IMG/VR virus record: IMGVR_UViG_3300028394_002328
Span: 1-64,000 of that record
Direction: 5' to 3' (one strand)
DNA: 64,000 nt
Below the pieces are notes generated by a model. The model saw nothing but the letters and a program-made list of their open reading frames with translations, ran no database searches and had not been told where the DNA came from. Both the position numbers and the translations under genes were made by a program. This document shows, in pieces, positions 26,701-32,707 of this stretch (position 1 is the stretch's first letter; every line of letters starts with the position of its first letter).

Positions 26701-27751
26701 TCCAATAGATGGAAATAGAATTACGGTATCATCTACTGATAATTTAGTATTAGAAACCCCTGTAATATTTACTGACTTTGGGGTAGATTTAGGCGATCCT
26801 GTACTAGGTGGCTTGATCGCAGGAACTACATATTATATTAAAGATATTTTTAATTCAACTGAATTTTCAGTATCAAGTGAAAGAAACGGTGACGAATTTG
26901 TTTTAACTAATGATTCAGGAACAATGAACGTAACACAGTGGGAACAGGTTAATGTTGATCGTTTATGGGTAACTGTTAATGGTTATCGTGTACCATCAAG
27001 TTCATTACGCATAAATCCTGCTAATAATTTAAGCATACTAGCTACAATTCAAGCTGGTGACGTTGTAATCATTACTAGCATGATGCCTTCTCCGACTCCA
27101 AATGAACAAGTATTCTTACTCAATGTTAATACAATTAATCAGGGTACAGTGTATAGAGCAAATACACAAACTAGAACTTGGTTAGTAGAGCCATTATATA
27201 ATATACATGATACGATATATGTTAATGATGTAACTAGATTGACCGATACTGTAATACAAAATGTTACAGCACCTGCTCCGGTCGATGGAATTTATAGTAT
27301 TGGATTAACCGCTGATAAAAATCTGATTTCTAATATTACTGTATTCAATGTGAGTACTAATAGTATTATTAGCAGTGATTACTACTACATTTTAGTGGAG
27401 AATTTATCTCCCATACTTAAGATTACATCAGGTGTTACTACAGGAAACAGTTTATTAATTACAGTGTTAGAAGGTAATACATTGTTTATTAATGGGGAAC
27501 AGATTAAATTTACTACAGTAGATATTGATCTTAACAGCATAACAGGGCTACAGCGTGGAGCAAATGGCACAGGCGAGCAGGTCTATATTCCGCAATATAC
27601 TGAAGTATTTGGGTTGTTATCGTCTAATAGAATGACTAATATACTATATAATCAGACTTGGAACTCATATGATTATAATGAAACTTTAGGAGATCCGTTG
27701 CAAATAAGTAATACACAAGCAGCAGTTTTCTTAAATGGCGATGTTAATTAA
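8717..27751 (+). CDS. Giant (6,344 aa) modular virion/baseplate protein with FG-GAP-like and BNR-like propellers and many repeated beta domains
   Basis: Uninterrupted 19-kb ORF in the gp7-like position after gp6; 'YLNEVKPYHVVI' motif; Thr/Ser/Asn-rich; repeated 'G..YY(V/I)..I...F.VS' modules. Confidence 0.75.
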   Translation: MATRIRTLNFLPEIFQTPTNAQFLAATLDQLVAQPLTKTIEGYVGSRFGYGVNAKDYYVTEPTKVRTDYQLDPGVVFTKTNQSTAQDFISYPGILDALKLEGALTDNNSRLFNSQFYSWDSFTNLDKIINFNQYYWIPEGPEQVVVSSDTVFATNDYLVTDVINGYNITPITSTEIGTTNPTLTLLRGGTYTFAVNQSGQFWIQGAPGVTGYSPTQPNLQTRDVYGVDNNGATIGTVTFTVPPKDAQNNYNFPGNNLVDVVSDIPFNQVNGARLSDLGGIDGVTALNGLTVLFYNTGISNEIGFTSNFFDYTNYDYNNDLVATETINVTATSSTGNLITCDSTSNLIVGNSIVFSGVGFGGLSIYSETLPDTLYFVESISSPTEFSVSLSVGGAQVPLSNAAGTLVGTTNQGLLEEGFYTTVNQNFYTIEYIGDLTDPVIRLIPSSLIPTNQKITASFGTQWISRVFYKTAFGIINIVPFISAPLDTLYYQDGTSANKVGIIRIIDSNITNTLDVETDILGQPQFTATNGVVFTNGLKVVFQGDVIPASYKTGAYYVEGVGSSIELIPVSNLISPDPFTSSTYVPWDTTAWDIGNWEGTSYIPVTPDYITIARNSIDRNAWSRSNRWFHIDVINATAEYNNDPTLVTLYATSEYKAKRPIIEFYPNLRLFNTGIEGKAPVDFIDFRTTDAFSQVAGQENYYPDVTAYTGYDAVIGTVASNTTTTIVIPIESVQGTFEIGQYVADSTNLLPTNSYITNIVTTTTTVTLTIEWEFSTSFTGTSVASVIGTDTTVDNYALFDGSRIIFAADTDINVKNKIYVSRFSSISGSTPVITLTEATDGEVLVNQGTVILRGYVNQGFDFYFDGLEWIESQEKITVNQPPLFDVFDDNGISFGNTDLYVGTSFIGNKLFAYGIGAGINDIVLGFPIRYSSVDNVGDISFDVSLNLDKFNYVQGSTPITQNVNTGYVHQAVSRTEYIRQIGWQTAVSPSIQYQIFEFEYDVLNPTTTFTCDIAMMNTIDTQWPTIEVYINNIIQDNTTYTVTVNSNSTVVTLNDTIIDNTVIQILLLSDQVSKTAYYSIPINLNNNPFNQDITVANVGDIRGQYRSMFYNNPNTTGQVFGSNNFRDLGNLVPWGNRIIQNSASLVLPSVFLRKQNHNLFNSLLFNSREYIKFKTLLVDTVNNTDYVQRYSPSEILDNALDQITFSKTDNQPFFWSDMLPSKAAYITNTYTFANSLDVSIYPLSRIYDFTSANYYGVLVYLTRTVNNITVTRQLIINQDYTVSTDSPSLTITLDLLPGDIITIKEYNQTYGSYVPNTPTKLGLYPAYIPSVALDINYSQSTYFILGHDGSYNKLYGDYFPETNILVDFRDQALLEYETRVYNNLKLSSAVPVQEYEVLPGFFRDTDYSFDEWLEIYSPGFLNWVGQNRLDYKRQIYQTNNEFTYNYWQSGNAINRESIYQGYWRGMYQYYYDTSTPNTSPWEMLGFVNKPSWWETRYGPAPYTSDNLVLWTDLSEGIDWNDGNPVVIPAAVRPELLQVIPVDSEGNLLSPLRNIVGNYNSNIFQRDWKVGDEAPVEFSYRRSSSYPFDLMRILALTKPAEFFNLGVDLDNYKYSEEFGQYLVNNRSHLVISNVEIYGSGTAKTSYINWIIDYEKQVGVDATANITTLLDNLDVRLVYRLAGFSDKALLKFYVEKGTPNSRNASLLIPDESYSVLLYDNQPFNRVIYSGVIVQITQYGFSVFGNSQTQTYFRTLKPYYNGKYDRITIDNLNVKVSQDHSDVEVIVPYNTVFGTVQEVATFLSNYGAWLTSLGVTFEQQENELEINWNQMIAEFLYWAQTGWDEGSIVTLNPSARTISFNKDSNIVQPLTIQQTNFILNQNLYPIQNRDLAIIREETLFTATALNDGDTISYAQFNISNFEHGIVFDNVTLFNDIIYNLITGLRQTRITVRGTKSADWNGTVDAQGFIYNQDNIKEWNNTVTYTKGEIILYKNKYWVALKIVQPKLIFDELEWKRTDYDEIQKGLLPNSSTRSYESTLYYDVNKANLENDADLLSFSLIGYRPRDYLALADLTDITQVNVYKNFIKNKGTRNATDAFKGANLPQGGIDYDIYENWAIKSGEFGGVLNSNFVQFKINQNYMTGNPSIVGLTNGVYNEGVQQEVPIYSLFNYGRPINTVNILPTISSQEPSTVYPTAGYVNFNDVKMSSYFYSQLPLAVDSNNLVVLLSQFYVRDYVWLANYLQRWEVFTPKSMGIILNVSNNLNDTATVTFKTPHNLTRYEPFAIVNFSDAVNGYYISTVIVDQYRVLITLSIDPSITNITGQGVGFKFQSQRVAQPSNIIDLPLLDSEFFKNTVWVDENTDGGWAVYRKGINYQYQNEFTKSSSVTFGSAVATSSQLGYLIGDATAGAVYRYTFNDLTQAYDLGQTLTSGTSFGSTISHNSDIYVISEPTTTPRIYIYQLQSSTLSDDLILYQAAIAAPGGVTNWGSAVAISGNTNWIYVSDVDNNTVHVYRKSNVVTPVTNLTAGQTYIITTVGTTDFTTVGATSDDIGTAFVATGVGTGTGTATKSTYQKVTTIDGDALSLTVAGDNFGYSLATDYYGDTLIIGTPNKDYSVTIDNWGYVYVFDRAVQNIQVQTNSVPLTPQIFNLAWTPTSLSKTLTDTNSTGNLLTLNSTSGITVNDPIIFTGSGLAGTEIVSDQVYYVRSISGSDITIKTSRFATAAVTVATVSAITVTTIVQNTPIYVSVNGNLVDDSNYAIISNTLVYTSTLNAGDIINVSGQEFTLMQTLTTENTPKVGVHFGNSVDTTIYASEIIVGAPYELVTQIKEGAVYRYTNGGGKYGMIIGTSTVNVTSARNLLINGFLVTVPIGNATTVANAINAVAIPNIVATAIDGKLMLSLVDNNLAQVNEKILLSSTNSATLGELGINIFTQTQTIECPHTNSRTQFGTVVKFNEYGSFVASAPVGTRFSSTTFDFIDDENQDNDTVFDNNTTTWLDTFPNAGAVYMFDYLSNYNETLINCGKFVYAQNVNSQDLEYGLQPNYGTALDFYNYSVIIGTPGFSPSNGQAITYTNTLNQKDWSVYRSSSPVVDITSIGNIQLFSAQTNETLINMDYIDPLQGKILGAARENIDYVANTDPATYNNGDLVPSNLVWGVTQVGQVWFNTTNIRYVNYHQNSNTYNCKYWGTLFPNSDVAVYTWITSEVLPINYIGSGTVYDPTKYSIQYIINPAGALTPIYFYWVRDTGIISPNLGKTLADSIIAAYIANPRNSGISYFAPLLPSVYALYNAGDYINANDSVLNIGFGTGTSTDVVHNQYDLIRANFADDYLPGLPNTYLGETEPYSLYARLLDSLSGTDTSGQVVPDPFLPLAVQTGVLVRPRQSFFYNRLGAVKNFFETLNEIVKQYPLFEISDATFTYASGEFFDTTNYWETINWWAPRYNDNTKSTIQVAIYSDLATLSVTEGTIVTVATNGIGLAETYIFTNSEWIRIGLTNGTIQFKSSLWDYASARIGFGDNFFDTTPYDSYPSEETRYLVRALTEQLPSELLIYRNRILILLFEYIVSETIETQNYLPWLNKTSFVDVGHTIRELLPIEVFQSDNQNFLEGYLNEVKPYHVVIKDFLFKYTGINVYQGNITDFDVPAQYNTSIQRWVSPQLVYSNPSDVNQYLPTDPIWQEPEYINWFENYGVSLTGQDGVQITTLTSYLALNSGEMSVNNAQGFPINGIVQIGTEQIGFSSVDRNLNVLVGLTRGVNGTPITNHIPGELIYINLPAVLVLDGGRGYTEPPKVVAYIDPTLYPAPTVPAVLTAVMSLDSVLRVDVINPGQGYAVLPKIIIDPSTVIFFEGSAVSTTYNTIILYAPLLQTGDLVQYNVAPGGTQIGGLESNQWYYVNLLETVPTVVVALYSNYTDAIYDVNRVKLLSTGSGDQSLSVGAKASAISSAAPARENNITLRFDRTTYNSQVIDWQAGAYYGAFYAGDYFNSEAVSSSSIKLQSTQPLISSILASAQGVAFEIEDVRNDRVVTYSSLIRQVASTQASDDSITLTTFSNNPSDVNASGSTIGFYIGMPIKFNGAVVGGLVNGTVYYVNSIIDDTNFTISENSTGSPIKALSDGTVSVAGLECFVGEVTDTAILSVIYPGITNVTATHADTNTLTIPLNPTGTGGTIGFYINLPVFFTGTMLDGVVENQVYYITTVVDNQTFTMSEEQNPTTLNIVSTDGSSDYITTSDDTSVLSINEPVIFNTMVIAGAESTSFGGLVSGTTYYISNIVNASTFQVSSNINGASLNLSTVAASTTTSALLTSQKNVVQLSDDTGNDMIININLPVSPGQVNGQRFTLYQTSEQYVGLTGTDGALIDRTIGAVIGTPDIIALTTLSGGLTDIYINMPLEISQDIGSLTTGTTYYVIDTGTIEIECTSTSSSTNEITCDTTESLYVDMPIVFNGVGLGGIQINVEYYVHTIVDGTHFKISESINGTVKTLQNSNGTMNGVGEPYIQVSTTLSGSVEPTGDSQQAASISVASPAVITVAVAPADGTKVEFRSTGALPTGLLEDTTYYVVNSSGTTFEVAYLPSGSPIDTTASGSGTNIVIVTDTITINQTILTTPVFDVSYILGGYRVIITDPGLGYAVNNTITIVGTDMGGATTLNDLTLTVESVNSTGEITSVICYGTPPGATENYYLKVISPNEFAVYSNPLLTVPVSGIGFSYTGIVTTTVTATNLSTDIITVDDTSEFSVNDPIVFTGTVVGGLVVGQTYYILDNVNFTPTTLQVSETPNGSVFNLTVTTSLQDFTMAKVGDFALLPEPFVFSQSIVKYNNRVYVCVVSNSDQEFIFGKWELLTSGDRRLNALDRIIGYYQPTINMPGIDLTQLVDGIIYPNSTYLGNAFAPDQQFEIDTYLQDQLFYPTEVQSKSVVWNGTNYFVVADTSSYSTILYSTTGDDWAFNKLANSNLTTTDLTYVNEKYLITTNNPATPILLSEDGVEWTASENYIGLGEVTAKPISDGQLILNSINYFNGVYVAVGQNINTSTNGVLWRERFKFTNGLTNELYSVFGSTITLSAPYIAVGKGQFIDYSTGLQTIRDINLVYTSYDSINWNQATPVTNKGFYGITYDTNIFIAVGEDGVIYTSQNGDSWFGINETTITSVNSSSNILNVAATAGFNVNDIVRFTESFNVISSSTTYYIVSIPSLTQVQVSTTLGGSPITLTSVDPTTTTYMYLYPRTQDLNDVHYANGKFIAVGNVGTIKTSTTGYAWTSVASGVTENLLGINYNADDGVWIAVGDNNTIITSDNNGASWTNSSVLIVDPTVYNVQGAEFSYGYGPEELVPGVVTDNIMLTVATRPGTNWPAVEYQHVGYNVVTVELTPESEQQRYYSFLYAVTTPAQLTVSVIDGTTGVSTTIYPDASYYVDWVNSVVVLNNPLTFSPVADRLRIDVYEVGNGNQLVKSSTKSDPIITNTTTGWNEINLNCNYSATIFTGSGVISPGTVPKETVAIATTSGTNTISCESVRDFVLNSPITFQGTTFGGILEDTIYYVKTISYITNSITVSTTYNIGTGTAGPTLVLSSDTGSMVVIIQVGSGAEWTPPICYLNGNKLVFGTTETVTKTNGITNTVTCHTTGTLIPGQNITFSDTMFGGVIIPQTVYNILSISDANEFILEDPDNPGNPLALTTATGGAELITNDYAFGISENGITAKIIFAVGTYNTQSDYLSYAVFGETVPTQYGYTIPETQIILSDGTSTYELTNFVGNDNVTNAIVEVNGLRVLDTDYTIDSNLNEITFVSSPSLGDTIAVTSYNLTDRQYLSTMYDVNSASSTVANIISVNNTISPYLAITNVTSCTSVGNLITCVSTTGFVIGQTIIFKGTGFGNILTDGTVYYIDSIPGLTTFTISQTNGGGIFDPGTGSGLMISYIGGTPTVRVTTGVPHDLTTNDIVRIDGTLGSTQLNNVTFYVHVINDTQIDLYSQAYDPAFTATNYPITTVSTYISGGYVWIDTIFTLVTVDATATSTDPIDGNRITVSSTDNLVLETPVIFTDFGVDLGDPVLGGLIAGTTYYIKDIFNSTEFSVSSERNGDEFVLTNDSGTMNVTQWEQVNVDRLWVTVNGYRVPSSSLRINPANNLSILATIQAGDVVIITSMMPSPTPNEQVFLLNVNTINQGTVYRANTQTRTWLVEPLYNIHDTIYVNDVTRLTDTVIQNVTAPAPVDGIYSIGLTADKNLISNITVFNVSTNSIISSDYYYILVENLSPILKITSGVTTGNSLLITVLEGNTLFINGEQIKFTTVDIDLNSITGLQRGANGTGEQVYIPQYTEVFGLLSSNRMTNILYNQTWNSYDYNETLGDPLQISNTQAAVFLNGDVN

Positions 27752-27753
27752 AT

Positions 27754-27765
27754 GATAAATAAATA
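27754..27765 (+). promoter_or_regulatory. Putative late promoter (GATAAATAAATA, two overlapping motifs)
   Basis: Intergenic, directly before ATG 27768. Confidence 0.5.
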
Positions 27766-27767
27766 TT

Positions 27768-27920
27768 ATGAAAGAAAAATCTTCAGAAAGTCAAGAAAAT
27801 AAGGTGACAGCACCCGAAAAAAAACCCAATGAAAATGGTGGTTTCTATTTTTCCTCGCACCTCAAAATTTCAGATCCAAATACTAAACAAGTTCTAGTGC
27901 AAAAAAGAGGCGATAACTAA
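27768..27920 (+). CDS. Small unannotated ORF (50 aa), paralogous to the N-terminus of the downstream gene
   Basis: Translated by hand: MKEKSSESQENKVTAPEKKPNENGGFYFSSHLKISDPNTKQVLVQKRGDN*. It fills the gap and is coupled to the next gene by TAATG. Confidence 0.75.
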   Translation: MKEKSSESQENKVTAPEKKPNENGGFYFSSHLKISDPNTKQVLVQKRGDN

Positions 27921-28540
27921 TGTCGGTGATTACATTATCCTATAAAATAGAAGGTTTTTTGAAAATCTACGATCCAAATAATGGTCAAATATTTGTAGAT
28001 AAGAAAAACGCTATTAATTATGAAAACATGTCAGAAGCTATTGCTAACACACTAAGCAGTCGTGGGTATGGTGAAATTTATGAAATGGCATTTGGTAATG
28101 GCGGCGCAAGCGTAGACGAAACCGGGGTGATTACATATCTACCTCCAAATACTACTGGAATAAATGCAGCATTATATAATCAAACTTATGCTAAAATTGT
28201 AGATGATACTAGCGTTTTTAACTTAGATCCTACAAGAAATAAAATGACTGTTACACATGTAACTGGTAAGGTTTATACTGACATTTTAGTTCAATGCTTA
28301 CTAGACTACGGCGAGCCTGCAGGACAAGATGCATTTGATAATAGTACACAAACGGATGGACAATATGTATTTGATGAATTGGGATTATTGGCTAATTATG
28401 GAACGGATAATAATGGGCAAGTAATAACACGATTATTAACTCATGTCATTTTTCATCCAGTTCAAAAAAGTTTAAATAGACAAATCCAAATAGATTACAC
28501 TGTAAGAATACAAAGTCTTACAAACTTGGTAACTATTTAA
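27920..28540 (+). CDS. Virion structural protein (putative baseplate/tail-fibre attachment)
   Basis: 'MAFGNGG...YVFDELGL...LLTHVIFHPVQKSLNRQIQIDYTVRI' resembles baseplate-associated proteins; structural context. Confidence 0.6.
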   Translation: MSVITLSYKIEGFLKIYDPNNGQIFVDKKNAINYENMSEAIANTLSSRGYGEIYEMAFGNGGASVDETGVITYLPPNTTGINAALYNQTYAKIVDDTSVFNLDPTRNKMTVTHVTGKVYTDILVQCLLDYGEPAGQDAFDNSTQTDGQYVFDELGLLANYGTDNNGQVITRLLTHVIFHPVQKSLNRQIQIDYTVRIQSLTNLVTI

Positions 28541-28548
28541 GATAAATA
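28541..28548 (+). promoter_or_regulatory. Putative late promoter (GATAAATA)
   Basis: Intergenic, followed by GGAG RBS and ATG 28573. Confidence 0.55.
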
Positions 28549-28572
28549 AAAAGATATCGGAGTAATTGAAAA

Positions 28573-29799
28573 ATGGCATATACAATTGTTAAAAGTGATG
28601 GTACAGTATTAACGACCATTCCTGATGGTACAATTAATACAACTAGCACTTCTATTGGACTGCCGGGTAGAAACTACGCAGGATACGGTCAAACACTAGA
28701 TACAAATTTTGTACATCAACTAGAAAATTTTGCCGATACTACTCCTCCAGCAAATCCGTTAAGAGGTCAACTTTGGTATAATACTAACAATCAGACTCTA
28801 TATGTCTGTCCAACTGACGGGGAGGCTAATTCATTAGCATGGTTGGCACTAACATCTACTTCTAGCGGTGGAACAACAACCTTCGGCGCAGTAACCGTAA
28901 CTGGAAATTTACAAGCAAATAATATTTCTGCTACTAATAACAGCAATGCAAATGCTGCTACATTTAGCTATCTTACTGTTTCTGCAAATGCTAATATTGC
29001 GGACGCTAACATTACTACTAGTAACATTGGCGGGTTAATAACAACTACTATATCTACTGGTTCAGCAACTACAGCCGGTACATTAACAGGAGTTTGGACA
29101 GTTTCAGGCGGTGCAGGTGGTTCTGGCGCAAACGCTGTAATTTTTAACAGTGGTGGAATTTATATTAGTAATTCTGCCGGCGCTAACTTATACGGTATTA
29201 AAACAGACAAGTACATGTACGCAAACGGAGACCCTATCTCTTTTGCAGGAACTTATAGCAATTCAAATGTTTCTAGCTTTTTACCTACTTATAATGGTAA
29301 TATTCTTGCTGCAAATGTGCAAACTCCTATACTTACTACAGGAGCGAACTCTACTGCGGGTACGATAACAGGTAATTGGACATTAACAACTGGCTCAAGA
29401 TTTAATGCAACATATGCTGATTTGGCTGAAAGATTTGAAGCTGATGCGCCATATGATGCAGGTACTGTGGTTGAATTGGGCGGGGAAAGAGAAATAACCG
29501 CAGTTAAGTATGAACTAAGTGAAGATGTATTTGGAGTAATATCAAATAGTGTTGCGTACTTAATGAATTCAGGCGCAGGTTCAGATTCTACACACCCTGC
29601 TGTAGCAGTAGGTGGGCGTGTGCATGTTAAAGTCATTGGTAAAATACATAAAGGTCAACGATTAGTAAGTGCTGGTCAAGGTATTGCTAGAGGTGCCCTA
29701 GAGGGAGAAGCGACTGCATTTAACACAATTGGTCGTGCATTAGCTGACAAAGAATCGTCTGGTGTAGGTACTGTAGAAGCTATTGTTATCATACGATAA
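28573..29799 (+). CDS. Tail fibre protein with C-terminal intramolecular chaperone/auto-cleavage (peptidase G2 IMC-like) domain
   Basis: N-terminal 'GRNYAGYG...LENFA...P.NPLRGQLWY'; C-terminal 'YADLAERFEAD...GTVVELGG...AVGGRVHVKV.GKI.KGQRLV'. Confidence 0.75.
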   Translation: MAYTIVKSDGTVLTTIPDGTINTTSTSIGLPGRNYAGYGQTLDTNFVHQLENFADTTPPANPLRGQLWYNTNNQTLYVCPTDGEANSLAWLALTSTSSGGTTTFGAVTVTGNLQANNISATNNSNANAATFSYLTVSANANIADANITTSNIGGLITTTISTGSATTAGTLTGVWTVSGGAGGSGANAVIFNSGGIYISNSAGANLYGIKTDKYMYANGDPISFAGTYSNSNVSSFLPTYNGNILAANVQTPILTTGANSTAGTITGNWTLTTGSRFNATYADLAERFEADAPYDAGTVVELGGEREITAVKYELSEDVFGVISNSVAYLMNSGAGSDSTHPAVAVGGRVHVKVIGKIHKGQRLVSAGQGIARGALEGEATAFNTIGRALADKESSGVGTVEAIVIIR

Positions 29800-29808
29800 G
29801 GATAAAAA

Positions 29809-30762
29809 ATGACTTACGCACAATATGGAACGGTACAAGCATCTGATTTTAACACGCTAGTTGGTGGTAATCCCACTACAACTTCAGGAACTTTAAATGC
29901 AGTTTGGGCAACAGGTGGCACAAATGCAGGGTATGGTCAAACAGCGGTAGCCAATGTGGCAGCCGGCGGGTCCATAGCCGCATCTAGTCAATGGGCTAGT
30001 TTAGTAAGCAATACTGCGAACGCTGCCTCGCATCAAGGCACCTCTATTACTTCAGTTGCTACTCCTGTATCAGGTGGCACAATTACATATCTTTCCGCTA
30101 TCCCTACAAATTTAACAACAATTTATACTAGTAGACTAAATGCTGCAACACAAGGTTCTACTACATCAAACACTGCTACATATGGTAGTACATGGTCAAC
30201 GGCTATAACATTTACTCATACTGTTACTTTTAGTTCAGGTGACGCGGCCCGTTACTTTTTTAACGCTGGTGGTCAGTTAAAAGTTACATGTGCTCATGCG
30301 AACAATACTGCAGGTATTAACTTATTGTTAAATGATTTAGCAAGTAATGTGGGAACCGTTGCACTAAGTTCTCCAATAACAGGTTCTGTTACTATTGCAG
30401 GTACTTCATATAACGGGGTGACTAAGGTAGGTGGAGGTGGCAATGCGCCAACTATTTCTACAAATTCAGGCTATTATGCATTGGGTGTAGCTAATACTAC
30501 ATTGTTTACACAAACAGCCAGCACAGGCCCAGCTGGTTATCTAGCTACATTTATTAGAGTAATTGCTAAAACAAATGGTACTCAGGGCTCAAATGGTGAT
30601 GTAGGCAACGTCATTACTCTTTATACAATTTGGGACGAAGTTCCAGATGGTTTAACTGCTGGTACAGGTTCTGCAACTACTGTTACTATAGTACCACCCG
30701 AAAATGTTTATTTACCAACTGCTAGCTGGGGAACACCCACAGTTACTGGCACCGTAGTATAA
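29809..30762 (+). CDS. Virion structural/tail-fibre-associated protein
   Basis: T/G/A/S-rich; 'VTFSSGDAARYFFNAGG' motif; follows the tail fibre gene. Confidence 0.6.
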   Translation: MTYAQYGTVQASDFNTLVGGNPTTTSGTLNAVWATGGTNAGYGQTAVANVAAGGSIAASSQWASLVSNTANAASHQGTSITSVATPVSGGTITYLSAIPTNLTTIYTSRLNAATQGSTTSNTATYGSTWSTAITFTHTVTFSSGDAARYFFNAGGQLKVTCAHANNTAGINLLLNDLASNVGTVALSSPITGSVTIAGTSYNGVTKVGGGGNAPTISTNSGYYALGVANTTLFTQTASTGPAGYLATFIRVIAKTNGTQGSNGDVGNVITLYTIWDEVPDGLTAGTGSATTVTIVPPENVYLPTASWGTPTVTGTVV

Positions 30763-30787
30763 TTTTATACCACTGACTCGTATCCAT

Positions 30788-30794
30788 CTAAATA
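30788..30794 (+). promoter_or_regulatory. Putative late promoter (CTAAATA) heading the enzyme operon
   Basis: Intergenic, followed by AGGAG RBS and ATG 30811. Confidence 0.45.
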
Positions 30795-30810
30795 CTCGTA
30801 GGAGAGTATT

Positions 30811-31116
30811 ATGGATACTAAAACACTAATTGCAGATGCTAAAGCTAGATTTAGTCATAATGCAGCCAAATCTTATTTGAAAGACAAGTATGACAGCAAA
30901 TTTATTGTTGCTGATCAAGGTGGACTTTGGCGCGCCAATTTAGAAACGATTAATTTTTTAAATTCTGTAACCGATGAAACGGTTATTTTAATTGATACAT
31001 TTAATAATCCTGTACAAGTAAATAGACAGGAATTGAAAGATAAATTGTATGCTACATACAATGATGGTATGTCTAGTTGGTATCAAGAATGGGTTGAATT
31101 AGAGAATAAACGATGA
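30811..31116 (+). CDS. Hypothetical protein (possible tail-assembly chaperone-like)
   Basis: 101-aa ORF with AGGAG RBS; ATGA overlap with the next gene. Confidence 0.55.
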   Translation: MDTKTLIADAKARFSHNAAKSYLKDKYDSKFIVADQGGLWRANLETINFLNSVTDETVILIDTFNNPVQVNRQELKDKLYATYNDGMSSWYQEWVELENKR

Positions 31117-31913
31117 GAGGTGTTCTCTTATTTGCGTTTAACAGCCCAAAATTTAATTACTATGATATGGCTGTGGCTACGGCTAAACGTGCTAATCACT
31201 TTTTAAATTTACCAGTAACATTAGTTACGGATAATGAATCATTGCCTGAGAATCCTACTTACACTTTTGATAAGGTTATAATCACCGAGCCTGACAGAAA
31301 TAATAAGCGTGATTGGGGAGTATGGATAAACAAGGGAAGATATCGTGCATATGAGTTCAGTCCTTATGATGAGACTATACTCTTAGATGCAGATTATGTT
31401 ATTAATTCTAATAAATTATTAGATACTTTTAATTTACCTACAGATTTCTGTTGCCACGATACTACAAGTTTTTTAATGAATCCTGACGCTACCCAAGAGG
31501 TATTGAGTGGATATAGTTTTAAAACTCTATGGGCTACTGTTATTACTTTTAAAAAAGATATTAGGGCCCGTCAAGTTTTTGATTGCCTTAAAATGGTTCA
31601 GGATAATTTTGACCATTACTCAAATATACATGGGTTTATCGCAAATACTTTTAGAAACGATTACGCATTGACACTAGCACTAAGAATAGTTAATGGACAT
31701 TTAGATAAAAAGGAAGATATTATACCATGGAATTTAGTACACATTGGAAAGAATACGACTATCTATCCTGATACCGATGATGAATTTAATGTAGAATACA
31801 CTGTCATGTTTGATAATTGGAAAAGAGGAAAAATTCGTAAAGAATTTATTACAATTAAAGATACTGACTTCCATGTCATGAATAAAGAAAACATGTTGGG
31901 GTTAATTAAATGA
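31113..31913 (+). CDS. GT-A fold glycosyltransferase-like protein (GT8/nucleotide-diphospho-sugar transferase-like)
   Basis: 'SPYDETILLDADY' DxD motif; 'RNDYALTLA'; 'DFHVMNK'. Confidence 0.7.
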   Translation: MRGVLLFAFNSPKFNYYDMAVATAKRANHFLNLPVTLVTDNESLPENPTYTFDKVIITEPDRNNKRDWGVWINKGRYRAYEFSPYDETILLDADYVINSNKLLDTFNLPTDFCCHDTTSFLMNPDATQEVLSGYSFKTLWATVITFKKDIRARQVFDCLKMVQDNFDHYSNIHGFIANTFRNDYALTLALRIVNGHLDKKEDIIPWNLVHIGKNTTIYPDTDDEFNVEYTVMFDNWKRGKIRKEFITIKDTDFHVMNKENMLGLIK

Positions 31914-32707
31914 GTCAAGGGTTTGTTATAATGGCACAGAATACCAGTGAAGTAGATTATGTGAAGTGTGCCGAAACATTAGCAATAAGTATTCATAAAG
32001 TAATGCCATATGCGAATGTTTCTATTGTAACCAATGATTCTGTGAATTATTCTAAATTTGATCAGGTTATCCCATTACCACATGGTGACTTAGATATAAA
32101 TGGTAAATGGAAACTAATCAATGATTGGCAAGTGTATGAAGCTAGTCCATATGATGAGACCATTAAATTAGAATCAGATATGATTATTCCCCGTAATATC
32201 ATGCATTGGTTTGATGTGTGTGGACAACAGGATATGGTTCTGTGTACTACTATTAGAAATTTAAAACAAGAAATTTCAAAAGTGCGAGGGTATCGTAGGT
32301 TCATTGATGAAAATAAATTACCTGACGTTTATAATGCTATTACCTATTTCAAAAAATCTACTACTGCTAAAACTTTTTTTGAAATTGTAAGAGATATTTT
32401 TGAAAATTGGGAAGATTATAAAAGTACGTTGAAGTGTAACCCGCAAGAGCCAGTTAGCACTGATTGGGTGTACAGCATAGCGGCACACATAATCGGTAAA
32501 GAAAAAACTACTATACCTTCATTTACTGAAATGAGTATGATACATATGAAACAATTTATAAATGGTAACCCAACTGAAAATTGGACAGATACTTTTGTAT
32601 ATGAATGCTTACCTAATCAAATAAGAATACAAACAGTGCCACAAGTTTATCCACTTCATTATCATGTTAAGAACTTTTGTGATAAAATTATGCGAGGATA
32701 TGAATGA
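31910..32707 (+). CDS. GT-A fold glycosyltransferase-like protein, paralog of the preceding gene
   Basis: 'SPYDETIKLESDM' (ExD variant); 'STDWVYSIA'; 'PLHYHVK'. Confidence 0.65.
   Translation: MSQGFVIMAQNTSEVDYVKCAETLAISIHKVMPYANVSIVTNDSVNYSKFDQVIPLPHGDLDINGKWKLINDWQVYEASPYDETIKLESDMIIPRNIMHWFDVCGQQDMVLCTTIRNLKQEISKVRGYRRFIDENKLPDVYNAITYFKKSTTAKTFFEIVRDIFENWEDYKSTLKCNPQEPVSTDWVYSIAAHIIGKEKTTIPSFTEMSMIHMKQFINGNPTENWTDTFVYECLPNQIRIQTVPQVYPLHYHVKNFCDKIMRGYE

Noticed and set aside
1424-27570. Short antisense or alternate-frame ORFs inside the structural genes
   Set aside because: Expected shadows of biased codon usage; no recognisable motifs or initiation signals.
27895-27925. Programmed -1 frameshift at the A-run fusing the 50-aa ORF to ORF 27920
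   Set aside because: The slippery run is out of phase, and the -1 frame has a TAA at 27914 before ORF 27920 begins.
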